DNA of 64,000 nucleotides from Syntrophales bacterium (GTDB lineage Bacteria; Desulfobacterota; Syntrophia; Syntrophales; PHBD01): NCBI GenBank assembly GCA_963668175.1, contig OY764159.1, positions 2,112,001 to 2,176,000 of the forward strand, read 5' to 3'. Shown piece by piece: positions 20,517 to 30,920 of this stretch (position 1 is its first letter; each line of letters starts with the position of its first letter). The notes under the pieces were generated by a model. It saw only the letters and a program-made list of their open reading frames with translations, ran no database searches and was not told where the DNA came from. The position numbers and the translations under genes were made by a program.

Positions 20517-20903
20517 ATGGGATCGAAGCTGAGGCAGACGCAGGACGCCAAGAAGGCGACATTCACGAAGAACCTTGAGGCCCGGGTGGCCCTCCTGATC
20601 TCCAGGGGGATCGATAAGAAGCGGATCGACAAGGACACGATCATAAAGAACCTGAAGGCCAACATCGAGGCCGTGAACAGAAGGCTCGCAACCATCGACG
20701 CCAACGAGAAGAAGACGGCGGATCTGGCCGCGGCGAAGGCGGCGAAGGCGGCCGCGCCCAAAGCGGAGGCGAAGTCCGCCAAGGAGGCGAAGATCGAGGA
20801 AGCTCCGAAGAAGGAAAAGAAGGAGAAAAAGGCCAAGGAAGGCGCCCCCGCCGAGGCCAAGGAAAAGAAACCCAAGAAGGAAAAGGCCGCTCCGGCGGAA
20901 TAA
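20517..20903 (+). CDS. Lys/Ala-rich hypothetical protein
   Basis: RBS GGGAGG; host-like codon usage. Confidence 0.75.
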   Translation: MGSKLRQTQDAKKATFTKNLEARVALLISRGIDKKRIDKDTIIKNLKANIEAVNRRLATIDANEKKTADLAAAKAAKAAAPKAEAKSAKEAKIEEAPKKEKKEKKAKEGAPAEAKEKKPKKEKAAPAE

Positions 20904-21009
20904 ATGTAAGGTTAATATCAGGGAGTACGGTTTTGGGAAGGCGGCTGAAAACAGCCCTTCTAAGTAGTTAAGTATAAATAAACAAACGATTTATTCAATA
21001 TGATCCGAT

Positions 21010-21048
21010 AAAGGCGGGACGATGGCGGTCCCGCCTTTGCTGTTTTTT
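21010..21048 (+). terminator. Rho-independent terminator
   Basis: AAAGGCGGGAC/GTCCCGCCTTT stem plus T tract. Confidence 0.7.
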
Positions 21049-21099
21049 ACTGCTCCGATTCCTGCCGCAAGTCCAGGAAAAATGGTAGCGCCGGCCTCC

Positions 21100-21331
21100 T
21101 GTCGAGGAGATTTACAGATGCTGGTTGTTCTTGCAACTTACTGTTATGTAGAAGTTAATTCGATTATTCATGGTCCCTGGAAGAGCCGGCAGGCCGGATA
21201 GTGGAAAAATTATTTACACATGCGGAAAGCGCCCTTTCGATGCCTTGAGCCATAATATGAGTAATATATCACTGTAGGGATCGAAATGCTGGCAAAGCGG
21301 GCAGGAATAAGGATTTGGTATGCAAATTGCG
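21100..21331 (+). promoter_or_regulatory. Sigma54 promoter (21316-21331) with TG(T/G)-N11-ACA upstream sites (21100-21116, 21202-21218)
   Basis: TGGTATGCAAATTGCG; the same arrangement recurs at 46893-47087. Confidence 0.7.
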
Positions 21332-21376
21332 ACTAGGAACGACGGTGAAATAAAAAAAAGCTATCGAGGAGGGAAC

Positions 21377-22168
21377 ATGAAAATGAAGTTTAAAGTTGCC
21401 GTGCTCGCGGCGGTCGTTCTGCTGTTCGGGCCGTTGTTTCAGGCCGTCGCCGTTTCCGAGACCCTGGACTTTACGAGCCTGTTCGGAGGATACACCGGAG
21501 GCGGTTATGATTCGCTTGTCTTCAACGGACTCACGATCACGTCGCGGACGAGCGTAGGTACGGGCATTGCGGACCCGTGGGGACCAAATCCGCCGGCCAG
21601 AAACGGCGTGCCCGGCGATGTCTATTGGGGCAACCTGGGAAATCTGGATGTACAGAATCAGAATTACTACGGACTGGGCGTCTTGACCAACGGGCAGGCC
21701 CCCTCCGACACGACGGGGCCCATCACGTATTCGGAGGTTCTGATTTTCCATTTCAGCAAGCCGCAGAACGGTCAGGCCGTCGGCCGGCAGGTCGGCTTCA
21801 CGGTGCTGGGATTGAATGCGAATCCCTCGGGCAGCAGTGCGGCGCCTGCGGACAGTATGCGGGTCTGGATCAAGGTCGCCAGCGGAGAAGTGACTTCCGT
21901 GGACATCAACGCCGGAGCCATCGGGATATTCGGCCCCGATTACGGAACCGCCATCAGCTACATCCTGCAGTACTCGAATTACGCGGACGAAAGCGTGACG
22001 GATTTCGCCATCGAGCAGACCTGGGGCAGCGCCACCAACCCCAACCGCCGGTTCGGCATCGGCAGCGTCACCTACGCGGCGGACCCGGTGCCGGAACCTG
22101 CCACGATGCTCCTTCTCGGCATGGGGCTGGCCGGTGCGGCGGTTCTCCGGAAGAGGTTCATGAAATAG
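21377..22168 (+). CDS. PEP-CTERM sorting-domain protein
   Basis: Signal peptide; VPEPATMLLLGMGLAGAAVLRKRFMK. Confidence 0.92.
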   Translation: MKMKFKVAVLAAVVLLFGPLFQAVAVSETLDFTSLFGGYTGGGYDSLVFNGLTITSRTSVGTGIADPWGPNPPARNGVPGDVYWGNLGNLDVQNQNYYGLGVLTNGQAPSDTTGPITYSEVLIFHFSKPQNGQAVGRQVGFTVLGLNANPSGSSAAPADSMRVWIKVASGEVTSVDINAGAIGIFGPDYGTAISYILQYSNYADESVTDFAIEQTWGSATNPNRRFGIGSVTYAADPVPEPATMLLLGMGLAGAAVLRKRFMK

Positions 22169-22194
22169 AGACAATCCAGTAAGAATCTTAATCG

Positions 22195-22228
22195 AAAGGC
22201 AGGGCCGGCGACGGTTCCTGCCTTTTTT
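22195..22228 (+). terminator. Rho-independent terminator
   Basis: AAAGGCAGG...CCTGCCTTTTTT. Confidence 0.7.
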
Positions 22229-22521
22229 GTTTCCGCCGCTCCGATCCCTACGGCGATGCAGGGCCCCGCCGTTCGCCCGCGGCCGGAACATCCGTCTCCG
22301 ATCCGCCGACACGATGCAATGCCCCGCCGGGCCGTCCATGGTCCGCCCCGGGGACGGACGGCATCCGTAAAAAGGGTTGACGTACCGCCCCGCTTTCCCC
22401 TATAAACTATTGACAAACAATGTCGAACAGATAGGCCGGGGTCGCGACGCAACGGACGCCGGAAGGCCGCGCCGGCCGCCGGTCCGGAAATCGTGCGACT
22501 GCCCGCAAGGAGGCTTAACCT

Positions 22522-23964
22522 TTGGATCTCTACCTCAACCCCAGCATCGTCTTCACGCCGGCCGCCCAGAAGAACAGGGTCGTCCCGGCGTTCTTCTTCC
22601 GTGCCGTAAGATCGCCCAAGACGTTCCTCCATTACTGGTGGATCGAGCAGGGGACCGGGAACAGATCGTTCGAGGTCCACCGCTGCCGGATCGAGGAGGG
22701 CCGCCCGGATTCGGCCCTGGGCAACGCGAAGCGCTTCAACGAGCTTTTCCCGGACATCGCGAAGGCCCAGCGGGTGCCCATCCTTCCCGAAGGGGCCGAA
22801 CTGGACACGTTCCTTTCCTCCTTCACGAAGGACGCGATCGAAAAGAAGAATATCGAGGACAAGAAATTCGGCCCGATGCGGCAGGCCTTCTGCCAGATCG
22901 TCATGGACCGGTTCGCGGCGGCGCAGGAGGCGATCGCGGTCAACGACACGGCCCGCCTGAACGAATTCTTCAAGGGCCTCACGATCGGCAGCAGCAAAAA
23001 CATCTACGGCTTCCACATGCAGGCCGTCAAGGACTGCTTCACCGCCTTCCATTTCTACAGCAAGACCTACAGCGGCCTGCGCTTCTCCTCCTTCGGCCTC
23101 GACGACCTCGTCCGGTACGTGGAGGAGCACCGCAAGGGCTACCCGAAGAAACTGACCGAGCACGAGATCACGGGCTTCACGAGAAAACCCGCGGCGGCGT
23201 TCCATACGGCCCCGGCCGCGCCGCCCTATACCATCCCGAACGTAGGCAAAGATTTCAAGGGGATTCACAAGGAGTACCTCGACATCGTCAAGGCGTCGTT
23301 GAAGCACTGGAAGGCCAGGAACGTACAGATGCCGATGGTGGGCAAGCCCAAGCAGGCCCCCGACGCGGTGCTGACACCGGGCAAGGAGGACGATCCGGTC
23401 GTCGTCCACGAGTACGGTTTCCGGGGGGACGGGCGGCCGCCCGTGGTCATCATGGCGAGCGGCGGATTCCATCCCAACACGATACGCTACTTCGCCGATC
23501 CCGGCAAGGAGGCCGACTTCGAGAAGAAGCGCCAGGACCTGTACGCCAGGGCCGAGAAGGATTACCAGTTCGACAAGGTGGACCCCAACGCCCCCATGCA
23601 GCCCCACTTCGATCCGTGGCTCCATCAGGACACGTACGACGCGATCAGCGTCTTCCTGTCGATCAGCCGTGCGCCCACGGTCGCCGAGCATTTCATCCAC
23701 ATGTTCGGCAAGGGCAACGGCCATATCTACCTGATCCGCGGCGTGGGCGGGATCGACCAGGAGGCGACGTTCCAGAAGGTCCAGTATCCCGGCGAAAAGG
23801 AGCTCTCCGTGCCCGGCGGTGTGGACTGGGAAGACATCGTCGCCTTCCGGCCCGTCGTGAACGGCAAACCGGCGGATTTCTGCTACGTCCGCGAGAACAA
23901 CAAGTGGCGGATGAAGGAACGGGACGTCCAGGACAAGGCGATCAACGCCATGATGCATCTCTAG
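22522..23964 (+). CDS. Protein with C-terminal cholera/heat-labile-toxin-like (R-S-E) ADP-ribosyltransferase domain
   Basis: FRGDGRPP...GGFHP; FLSIS; GHIYLI; YPGEKELSVPGGVDWEDI; RBS AGGAGG before the TTG start. Confidence 0.75.
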   Translation: MDLYLNPSIVFTPAAQKNRVVPAFFFRAVRSPKTFLHYWWIEQGTGNRSFEVHRCRIEEGRPDSALGNAKRFNELFPDIAKAQRVPILPEGAELDTFLSSFTKDAIEKKNIEDKKFGPMRQAFCQIVMDRFAAAQEAIAVNDTARLNEFFKGLTIGSSKNIYGFHMQAVKDCFTAFHFYSKTYSGLRFSSFGLDDLVRYVEEHRKGYPKKLTEHEITGFTRKPAAAFHTAPAAPPYTIPNVGKDFKGIHKEYLDIVKASLKHWKARNVQMPMVGKPKQAPDAVLTPGKEDDPVVVHEYGFRGDGRPPVVIMASGGFHPNTIRYFADPGKEADFEKKRQDLYARAEKDYQFDKVDPNAPMQPHFDPWLHQDTYDAISVFLSISRAPTVAEHFIHMFGKGNGHIYLIRGVGGIDQEATFQKVQYPGEKELSVPGGVDWEDIVAFRPVVNGKPADFCYVRENNKWRMKERDVQDKAINAMMHL

Positions 23965-23984
23965 CCGGCCGGGCCGCATGCCTA

Positions 23985-24095
23985 GGGGTGTCGAAAAACG
24001 CCCGGTATCGTGAAACATTCCGTCCGGCGTGTATCGCCTTCGGGCGTTTTTGAACGCCGCATAGGGGGTTCGAAATCGTATTTTTCCACAAGCTG
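23985..24095. mobile_element. MITE-like repeat, relative of 54657-54844
   Basis: GGGTGTCGAAAAACGCCC...TTTTTGAAC...GCATAGGGGGTTCGAAA...TTTTTCCACAAGCTG matches the blocks of the 54.7-kb element. Confidence 0.6.
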
Positions 24096-24305
24096 CCGGA
24101 GGCGTGCGCGGGATGTGCGGGCTGTGAATCGGCGGCCGGAAAAAAGTAAGAAGGTTCCACCCATGGGGCGGTGTGCGTCGGCCGGCGTGCGGCGCGAACA
24201 CCGGACCGGTCCTTGCAGCCTCCGGACCGGCTGTACAATAAAAAGCAAATGCGGTAAGAAAACGGTCTCGATGCCTCTCGACCGACCCTTGTCAGGAGAA
24301 AGCGT

Positions 24306-25583
24306 ATGAGAAGATCCGTCTGCATGCTTTCGTGTCTCGTCCTTGCTGCCGCCCTCGGCGGTTCCGGACCGGCCGCGGCCGAGGAGCGCACGGCCCTCGT
24401 CGTGGGCAATGGCGCGTACCGCACCGCGCCCCTGAAAAACGCCGTGAACGACGCGGCCGACATCGCCGCGAGCCTCGGGAAGCTGGGCTTCTCCGTGATG
24501 CTCGTGAAGGACGCGGGCCACCGGGAGATGGAGGACGCCATCCGGGAACTGGGCAGGCGGCTCCGCATGGGCGGCGCGGGCCTTTTCTTCTACGCGGGGC
24601 ACGGCATCCAGGTCGGGGGCCGCAACTATCTCGTCCCCGTCGGCGTCGAAATCGAAAAGGAGACTGACGTCAAGTACAAGGCCGTCGATGCGGAAATGGT
24701 GCTCGACGAGATGGGCGCCGCCGGGAACCCCCTGAATATCGTGATCCTGGACGCCTGCAGGGACAACCCCTTCGGGCGCGGCTTCCGCAGCGCCTCCCGG
24801 GGGCTTGCCGTCATCTCCGACGCGCCGAAGGGCATGTTCATCACGTATTCCACGTCGCCCGGCAAGGTGGCGGCGGACGGCACCGGCCGCAACAGCCCCT
24901 ACACGGAGTCGCTCATCCGCCATATGAACACCCCGGGCCTACCCATCGAGGAGGTCTTCAAGGAGGTCCGCAGGGACCTCGGGAGCAAAACGAAGGGCGC
25001 GCAGGTCCCGTGGGAGCTGTCCTCGCTGGAGGGGAAGTTCTTCTTCCGCCCCGGCCCCGGGGAAGCCGGGACGGATCCGTTGCTTAGCCTCCCGGAAGAG
25101 CGGACGCAGGCCGACGATGCACGGCCGGCCAGGGGGCAGCGGAACGGCGCGCCTGCCGGAGATTCGCAGAGGCCGTGCGCCGAAAGCGACGGACGTTTCT
25201 GCAAATACGCCGACGGGACGGTCCTCGACACGCAAACACACCTCATGTGGGCCGCAAGGGACAACGGGAGCGACATCGACTGGACGGCCGCCGGGACCTA
25301 TTGCCGGAATTTCGGCCTGGGCGGCCACACGGACTGGCGCCTGCCGACCCAGGAAGAGCTGGCCGGTATCTTCGACCGCGCCAAGACGCAGCCGAATCGG
25401 GCCGCGGAGGAATACCCCCTGCACCTGACGGGGCTGATCGAACTCAGCTCCTGCTGCGCCTGGGCCGCCGAGACGCGCAAGGGCGAGGCCGCCGCCCTCC
25501 TGTTCTACAGCGGCGAACGGTACTGGCAGCCCAAGTACAACGGCTTCTTCTACCGGGTCCTCCCGGTGCGTAACGCCAAATAG
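24306..25583 (+). CDS. Secreted caspase-like (peptidase C14) protein with C-terminal DUF1566/Lcl domain
   Basis: Signal peptide; ALVVGN, FFYAGHG, ILDACRDNP; DTQTHLMWA...DWRLPTQEEL. Confidence 0.9.
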   Translation: MRRSVCMLSCLVLAAALGGSGPAAAEERTALVVGNGAYRTAPLKNAVNDAADIAASLGKLGFSVMLVKDAGHREMEDAIRELGRRLRMGGAGLFFYAGHGIQVGGRNYLVPVGVEIEKETDVKYKAVDAEMVLDEMGAAGNPLNIVILDACRDNPFGRGFRSASRGLAVISDAPKGMFITYSTSPGKVAADGTGRNSPYTESLIRHMNTPGLPIEEVFKEVRRDLGSKTKGAQVPWELSSLEGKFFFRPGPGEAGTDPLLSLPEERTQADDARPARGQRNGAPAGDSQRPCAESDGRFCKYADGTVLDTQTHLMWAARDNGSDIDWTAAGTYCRNFGLGGHTDWRLPTQEELAGIFDRAKTQPNRAAEEYPLHLTGLIELSSCCAWAAETRKGEAAALLFYSGERYWQPKYNGFFYRVLPVRNAK

Positions 25584-25622
25584 AGCGCTGCAAACAGCAG
25601 TGAATCGAGAAAGGAAACGAAA

Positions 25623-26069
25623 ATGATCAATCATCCGGAAAGCGCCAAGGCGCTGCTGAAGGAAGGCTTCTCCTGTTCGCAGTCCGTCTTCGCGACGTTC
25701 TGCGAGGAGCTTGGCCTCGACAGAAACACCGCCCTGAAAATCGCCGACGCCTTTGGCGGCGGCATCGGGCATATGGGACTGACCTGCGGCGCCGTCACCG
25801 GGGCGGCCATGGTTATAGGCCTCAGGCACGGCCGGACGGCCGCCGCCGACAACGAGGCGAAGCAGCGGACGAGCCGGATCGTGAAGGCGCTGGCCGAGCG
25901 GTTTGCGGAGCGCCACGGGACGATCGTCTGCGAGAAGCTTCTGGGCTGCAACGTCGGCACGCCCGAGGGGATGCAGTACTTCAGGGAGCACGACTTCCGG
26001 AATACGCGCTGCCTTGCCTTCGTGGAGACGGCGGCGGCGATCCTGGACGACATCCTGGAAGGAAAATAA
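25623..26069 (+). CDS. C-GCAxxG-C-C family redox protein
   Basis: FSCSQSV, FGGGIG..G.TCGAVTG, IVCEKLLG, RC..FV. Confidence 0.88.
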   Translation: MINHPESAKALLKEGFSCSQSVFATFCEELGLDRNTALKIADAFGGGIGHMGLTCGAVTGAAMVIGLRHGRTAAADNEAKQRTSRIVKALAERFAERHGTIVCEKLLGCNVGTPEGMQYFREHDFRNTRCLAFVETAAAILDDILEGK

Positions 26070-26199
26070 GCGGAAGGAACGGCGAACGCCGGCGCTGCGA
26101 TTTGTTCCCGGCGACGGGAAAATGTATACGGACGGCGGCCGTCCGGCGGAAGCCGGGGCGGACGAAGCAAAACCAACAACCTGCGCAGAGGGGGAATGT

Positions 26200-26556
26200 A
26201 TGAAAATTTTGACAGCGGTATTAACGGCGGCGGTTCTGATGCTCGCGGCATCCTCGGTTTGGGCCGCGGACCCGTCCGGCGTCTGGACGATCGAAGGGCG
26301 GCTGGATGCCAGCATGGAGGTCAAGTGCCACGACGGCGCCTGCCGGTGCGCATTCAAGTCGGCGTACGGCAAATACGACGCCGTCGGCTATTTCCGGGAC
26401 AACAAGCTGGCGCTCGTCTACAACTATTCCACGCCCGTCGCAAGCAACGCCTTCGGTTTCCTGGTGTACGAGATGCAGGGCGATCATGCGATGCTCAAGA
26501 AGACCTACGACCTGAACGGGAAGGTTGTCGGTTCGGACAAGTGGGTGCGTAAATAA
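26200..26556 (+). CDS. Secreted hypothetical protein
   Basis: RBS GAGGGGG; signal peptide MKILTAVLTAAVLMLAASSVWA. Confidence 0.75.
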   Translation: MKILTAVLTAAVLMLAASSVWAADPSGVWTIEGRLDASMEVKCHDGACRCAFKSAYGKYDAVGYFRDNKLALVYNYSTPVASNAFGFLVYEMQGDHAMLKKTYDLNGKVVGSDKWVRK

Positions 26557-26890
26557 AATCTGGAAACCTTTAAACAATCCGTTCCGCAGTATGCCGCGAC
26601 GCACGCCGCCCGGCGTGCGCCGAGCCGCGGGCGGTGAAAAAGCCCGGCGGACCGGTTATTTTCCCCGTTTTCCTTCCCGGCGGCCTCTTTCGCGGTCCGC
26701 GCAGCGGCCGATTTTGTGGCCCGTTTTGTGATCCGGATCACCAATACCGCAACAATTTATTCAAGACAGACGCAACCTATGCTAATATCGGGGCCTCAAT
26801 CGCGGAATAAAAGACGGAGAGCACCGCGCCGGTACTGCGGCGCGACGACGCATACGCCGTATCTTTTTCCGTTTCCCCGGGAGGCATGTC

Positions 26891-28405
26891 TTGACCGAAC
26901 AGGAAAAGCCGAGAAGGAAGGTTCATCTGGTCGTCTGGGCCGTTCTGGCGATCTGCGTTATGGGCGCATGGGTGGCGGTGGAGCTGATGCGCTCCTACCG
27001 GGCCGCCATGGACGCCGTCCAGGACCGCAACGCGAGTGTCGCGAAACTCGCCGCCCAGCGCCTGACGGGGGCCCTTCGCGAGATCGACTACATCATGCGT
27101 GACGTCCAGGACCGCGTCGATCCCTACCTCCTCAGCGCCGACGAGGGGCCCGACGCCGAGGAGACGGGAAGGCTGAACCAGGTCCTTCTCCGGAAGATCA
27201 ACACCCATCCGTGGCTTTTCGCCGTCGGCATCATGAATGCGAAAGGGGTCTTCATCGCGAGCGTCAACCGGAACGCGCCCCAGGAAGTGGGCGAGGATTT
27301 CTCCCGCCGGGAGTACTTTTCCTATCCCGCCAGGCATCCCGAGAGCAACGCCTTCTGTTCCGGGGCCTACGTGGAGACGACGACGGGAGACACGTGGTTC
27401 TCCTGCTCGCGGACGATCCGCAGGAAAGGGAGGCCGTCGTTCGCCGGCGTGGTCGTTTCCGGCCTGAACGGCAAATACCTGAACGGCCTCTTCGGCAGGC
27501 CCGGCTTTGCGAAAGGCGGCGCCATCGCCGTCGCGGACGCGTCGGGAAGGCTTCTCTTCCGCGCCCCGGATGTCCCCCAGGCCGTCGGCCGTAAATCGGG
27601 ATTCGCCGAGCTGGACCGGTTCCAGGCGGACAAGGCCGAATCCCGCCAGACCGTCATCGTCTCCCCCCTCGACAGACAGGAGCGCCTCTTCGCCTTCCAG
27701 AAGGTCGAATCCTTCCCGTATACGGTGGCCGTCTCGTCGCCCGTCGAGGAGGACCTGCGCCACTGGCGCGTCCACTTCTATTCGTCCGTCACCGGTTTCG
27801 TCCTGATCGCGGCCCTCCTTCTCGGCATATCGTCCCTGGCCAGCCGGCTTTTAAACGCGAACATGCGCCTGAAGGACCAGGCCGGGGAGCTGGAAAGGCA
27901 GGCCCTCGCGGACCCCCTGACGGGCATCGGCAACCGCCGCTATTTCTTCGAGCAGGGCAGGCGGGAGCTCTTAAGAAGCCTGCGGACGGGAAAACGGCCG
28001 TCGCTCCTGATGATCGATATCGACCGCTTCAAGGGGGTCAACGATACGTACGGCCACGACGCGGGCGATGCCGCCCTGAAGGCCCTTTGCGAGACCACCC
28101 TGGCGACGGTCCGGAACATCGACGTCTTTGCCCGGATCGGCGGCGAGGAGTTCGCCGTATTGCTGCCGGAGACGGCGGCGAGCCAGGCCCTGATCGTCGC
28201 CGAGAGGCTGAGGGAGCGTTTGGCGGGAGCGTCCGTGGAAATGCCGGGAGGAAAGGCCTTCTCCTTCACCGTTTCCATCGGCGTGGCGGGTCTGGCGGCG
28301 GAGGACAGCGGCCTGGAGGCGCTGCTCAAGCGGGCCGACGAGGCCCTTTACGAGGCGAAGAACAGCGGCCGCAACAGGGTCTGCGCCGCCCCCGGAACGG
28401 CCTGA
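26891..28405 (+). CDS. Sensor (Cache) diguanylate cyclase
   Basis: Two TM segments; DPLTGIGNRR, DIDRFK.VND.YGH..GD, RIGGEEF. Confidence 0.93.
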   Translation: MTEQEKPRRKVHLVVWAVLAICVMGAWVAVELMRSYRAAMDAVQDRNASVAKLAAQRLTGALREIDYIMRDVQDRVDPYLLSADEGPDAEETGRLNQVLLRKINTHPWLFAVGIMNAKGVFIASVNRNAPQEVGEDFSRREYFSYPARHPESNAFCSGAYVETTTGDTWFSCSRTIRRKGRPSFAGVVVSGLNGKYLNGLFGRPGFAKGGAIAVADASGRLLFRAPDVPQAVGRKSGFAELDRFQADKAESRQTVIVSPLDRQERLFAFQKVESFPYTVAVSSPVEEDLRHWRVHFYSSVTGFVLIAALLLGISSLASRLLNANMRLKDQAGELERQALADPLTGIGNRRYFFEQGRRELLRSLRTGKRPSLLMIDIDRFKGVNDTYGHDAGDAALKALCETTLATVRNIDVFARIGGEEFAVLLPETAASQALIVAERLRERLAGASVEMPGGKAFSFTVSIGVAGLAAEDSGLEALLKRADEALYEAKNSGRNRVCAAPGTA

Positions 28406-28690
28406 CGCCGCGGGCCGGACGGATGGCGAACAGCCTGGCCGCGGACGGCCCTTGCCCCGGGGTCGCAGAGGCCGCAAACCCAATCAAGAGAAATGTATAG
28501 GCTGTCTAACACGATCAGATAGATATAATCATACAATCATGCTATCCGCCCAAATGCCAAAAAAAGAGATGCCGTGACGGCATTTTGTTGACGGTTGAAG
28601 ACTATTTGCGCTTTCTTTTTACGTTTTGCTTCAGGATTTTATCGAAAGGAACGACATTATCCGAAACGGCAGCTTTACCAGGAAAACCGA

Positions 28691-29158
28691 TCACTTGGCT
28701 GCCCTCTTTTTTCCGTGATCGGTTGCGCGTTTTGAGCTTTTTCCCTCCACGCGGTCGGAAATCAACTGCTTCAGCATCTTTTCGATGTTGGCAATCGCTT
28801 TTGCGGTATCGCTTTTGTCACTGATAAACATCAAGACCCCCCCCAAACCAGCTTTAAATGCATTCACGGCATCTATATTACCGCTCTGCAATAGGTATTC
28901 CACCAGTTCGTGGATCTCGCGGTTTGCTTCCCCATAGGGGGAAGGGGCGGAGGATTCGGGGCCGGCCAGAAGATCGAGGGCGATAAGGACGGCGAAAAGG
29001 TTGTCGGCGCTCATGCCGTCGTCGTGGAAAAAACGGCTGAGGACGCCCGTGGATACGCCCGAGGCGCGGGAAAGATCGGCGGCGTTCCAGCCGCGGTCCT
29101 GCATGGCCCGGCGTATAAGCTCTACTTGTGAAATGTTTCTCTTGACTTCTTTTTTCAC
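28691..29158 (-). CDS. XRE/cI-like HTH repressor
   Basis: RGWNAADLSRASGVSTGVLSRF; divergent from the replication gene; start uncertain. Confidence 0.72.
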   Translation of the reverse strand: MKKEVKRNISQVELIRRAMQDRGWNAADLSRASGVSTGVLSRFFHDDGMSADNLFAVLIALDLLAGPESSAPSPYGEANREIHELVEYLLQSGNIDAVNAFKAGLGGVLMFISDKSDTAKAIANIEKMLKQLISDRVEGKSSKRATDHGKKRAAK

Positions 29159-29563
29159 TTATGAAAAAATCCCCGGTTGAAATCGAGCATGGCCGCCGAT
29201 GAGGCACCGCACGGACCGCGTATGGCCCGGGATTCGGGGTGCGCCGCCGCCGGCCTGCGCCGCGCGTAACGCCGCCCTGCATCGGGCGGTACCGCAGCGC
29301 CTTATTGCCGCAACCCATCGGGCAGCGGGAGGGCCGCCCTGCGCCGTCCGTATTTTCGGCTGCTACGATCTGGAAAATGAGGGTGCAAAGACATAGAGGC
29401 GGGCGGGCATCGTTCGCACCGGTGCATCCAGACCGTCCGTCTCCCCCCCATTCGTTTTAGCTAGCACAAAAGCCGCTATTTTTAAACAAGTTTTTTCGGC
29501 GCGCCGGCATCCTCCGGAAAGATGCGGCGGATGCGGCATGACGCGCGAAAGGGAGCACGGCCG

Positions 29564-30403
29564 ATGGGCAAGGCCCCGGCGTTTCAATTCTATCCGTCCG
29601 ACTGGACGAGGGACCTGGAGGAACACCCCCTGGAGATCGAGGGCGCGTGGATCAGGATCTGCTGCAAGCTCTGGTGGGAGGAGGAACGGGGCACGGCCAC
29701 CAAAACGCTCGCGAAATGGGCACGCATCCTCCACTCCGGGGAGAAAAAAAGTCTCTCGATAGTCGCCTATTTGTTTAAGCACAGGATCGCCGACGTGGTT
29801 ATCGAAAAGGACGCCATCACGATCACGTCGCGGCGGATGGTCCGCGACGAATACATCAGGCGGATCAGGACTTCCGCCGGTATCAGGGGCGGGAACCCCG
29901 TGCTCAAAAAAGCGCCGCCGGAGGAGGTTTTGGATAAGCAAACGGCGGTTAAGCAAAATCCAACCCCTTCCTCTTCGTCTTCTTCTTCGCCTTCGGAGAA
30001 AGAGATAAGCCCCCCGGCCTCCGCTTCGCCTCCGGCGGGCGACGGGGATTTCGAGCAATTCTGGGCCCACTATCCGCGGAAAACGGCGAAACAAGCCGCC
30101 TTCGCCCAGTGGCGGAAGGCCAAGGACAGGCCCGGAGCGGACGAAATCGCGGCGGCGGTCGAGCGACAGAAGCGGCACAAGGCGGCCCTGCGGGCGGCGG
30201 GGCGGTTCTGCCCCGAGTGGCCGGACCCGGAGCGCTACATCCGGAAGCGGCGCTGGGAGGACGAGATTGCCGATCCGGAACCGGCGGACGGGGCCTGGGT
30301 GCCCCGGGAGTACGTCCCGGACGAGCCTGCGCCCGTGCTGTCCGAGGAGCAGCGGCAGGAGAACCTCCGGCGCATCCGCGAGCTGACCGCCTGCCTGAAG
30401 TAG
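29564..30403 (+). CDS. Phage replication initiator-like protein (YdaU/DUF1376-type N-terminus)
   Basis: KAPAFQFYPSDW, SRRMVRD, FEQFWAHYPRK..K..A...W, P.PERYI.KRRWEDE. Confidence 0.82.
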   Translation: MGKAPAFQFYPSDWTRDLEEHPLEIEGAWIRICCKLWWEEERGTATKTLAKWARILHSGEKKSLSIVAYLFKHRIADVVIEKDAITITSRRMVRDEYIRRIRTSAGIRGGNPVLKKAPPEEVLDKQTAVKQNPTPSSSSSSSPSEKEISPPASASPPAGDGDFEQFWAHYPRKTAKQAAFAQWRKAKDRPGADEIAAAVERQKRHKAALRAAGRFCPEWPDPERYIRKRRWEDEIADPEPADGAWVPREYVPDEPAPVLSEEQRQENLRRIRELTACLK

Positions 30404-30553
30404 GCGGGACGGTGTACGGCGGTCCTGCGGGTTTTCCGTGACGCGGAGGCGGGAGGGCGGCGAAAGCCGGCGGGGGCGGAAAGGCATGACGCGGGCGTTC
30501 CGGGGAGGGCGTTGCGAAAGCCGACGGGGGTAGGAGATTCAATGCACCGCGAT

Positions 30554-30699
30554 TCGGTAAATAATCATTATATTATACTATATTTATATTGCATTAGGCC
30601 GGTTATCATTTATAATATCAGTATAATATCCTGACATGGCCGGATGGCGAGGGGGAGTTCGTAACCGGTTGATATTTTTAAGCGAGGTGCATCATGAAT
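30554..30699 (+). repeat. ~146-bp AT-rich promoter/leader block, duplicated at 39047-39192
   Basis: Near-identical TCGGTAAATAATCATTA...GCGAGGTGCATCATGAAT in both copies; includes TATAAT boxes and RBS+ATG. Confidence 0.92.
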
Positions 30700-30704
30700 A
30701 GGGT

Positions 30705-30813
30705 AATTCCTGGGAAAGCGTCCCTGACAAGGGGACAGGTCCCCCGCAGGGGGGAAAGTCCCCCGCATGGGGGACGATATCCTCAGAATTTTGTCAAAAT
30801 TCTGACTACGGAG
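30705..30813 (+). repeat. Hairpin block (2x TCCCCC-N4-GGGGGA plus TCAGAATTTTGTCAAAATTCTGA palindrome), copy 1
   Basis: Homologous block at 32953-33099. Confidence 0.9.
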
Positions 30814-30920
30814 CGGCCGATATGGGGCGGATCGTTTCTTTGTTAAAGATGCAGACAAAAAGGACGTTGCGGCACAGTATCTCAAAGACACCATATGCAA
30901 TCTGCGAAAGGCGATAAACA

